A stretch of 44,957 bases of DNA from Octopus bimaculoides (Eukaryota), in contig NC_068996.1 of assembly GCF_001194135.2 (NCBI RefSeq), forward strand, positions 17,722,266 through 17,767,222, read 5' to 3'. The notes below the pieces were generated by a model, which had not been told where the DNA came from, ran no database searches, and was given only the letters and a program-made list of their open reading frames with translations. Position numbers and translations under genes: made by a program. The first letter of the stretch is position 1; every line of letters begins with the position of its first letter. Below, piece after piece: positions 44,535-44,957 of this stretch.

Positions 44535-44925
44535 CTTAGCACCTGTGTAATGTGTGTTTAGTCCCACTGCACAACACTTTAGGCAAGTGTCTTCAGCTAT
44601 AGCCGCAAACTGACCAAGCCTTGTGAGTGGATTTGGTAGACAAAATCTCAAAGAAGCCTGTCACATATTTATATATGTTTATGTGTATATGTCTTTATGT
44701 CTATATTTATCCCTCACCACCATCATGGTGATCTAACAAGCAGTGTTAATTTTTTTTTTATATATATTGTTTACATCCCCGTAACTTAATGGTTTGGTAC
44801 AAGAGACCAATAGAATAATGGACCAGACTTAAGAAAAAAAAAGTTTTGGGGTCAATTTGTTTGACTGAAGGTGATACCACAGCATGACCACAGTCTCGTG
44901 ACTGAAGCAAGTAAATGATAAAAGA
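44535..44925 (+). mobile_element. tRNA-derived SINE family 1, diverged
   Basis: gtttagtcccactgc...aggcaagtgtcttcagctatagcc...gccttgtgagtggatttggtaga...gagaccaatagaat...gactgaagcaagtaaa. Confidence 0.8.
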
Positions 44926-44957
44926 AAGAATTGCATATATGTGTATATGTATATATA

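Overview
Repeat-dominated, AT-rich eukaryotic genomic DNA, most likely from an octopus/cephalopod scaffold. That assignment is inferred from the SINE/LINE repertoire and microsatellite load, not from a database search. Fifteen N-gaps cover about 5.1 kb. The only host protein-coding sequence I can support is one minus-strand exon (27557-27464) encoding the N-terminus of a universal stress protein (UspA-domain). It lies in the window's only CpG-rich island. Its downstream exons are not visible and may lie in gaps or beyond position 1, so most of 1-27463 is probably intron. The rest is decayed mobile DNA: RTE, R4/Dong, Tx1-like and other LINE fragments, at least four tRNA-headed SINE families, Tc1/mariner, hAT and Helentron-type non-autonomous elements, several fold-back MITEs, and many micro- and minisatellites. 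Almost all supplied ORFs are artefacts of microsatellites or N-runs. The most interesting signal is a set of minimal, degenerate hammerhead-ribozyme motifs of the Penelope-like-element type (8194-8240, 12163-12222, 18903-18945, 38442-38478). Two of these copies show a compensatory base change, and one forms the 3' module of a tRNA-headed SINE-like element. Boundaries of old repeats are approximate (tens of bp).
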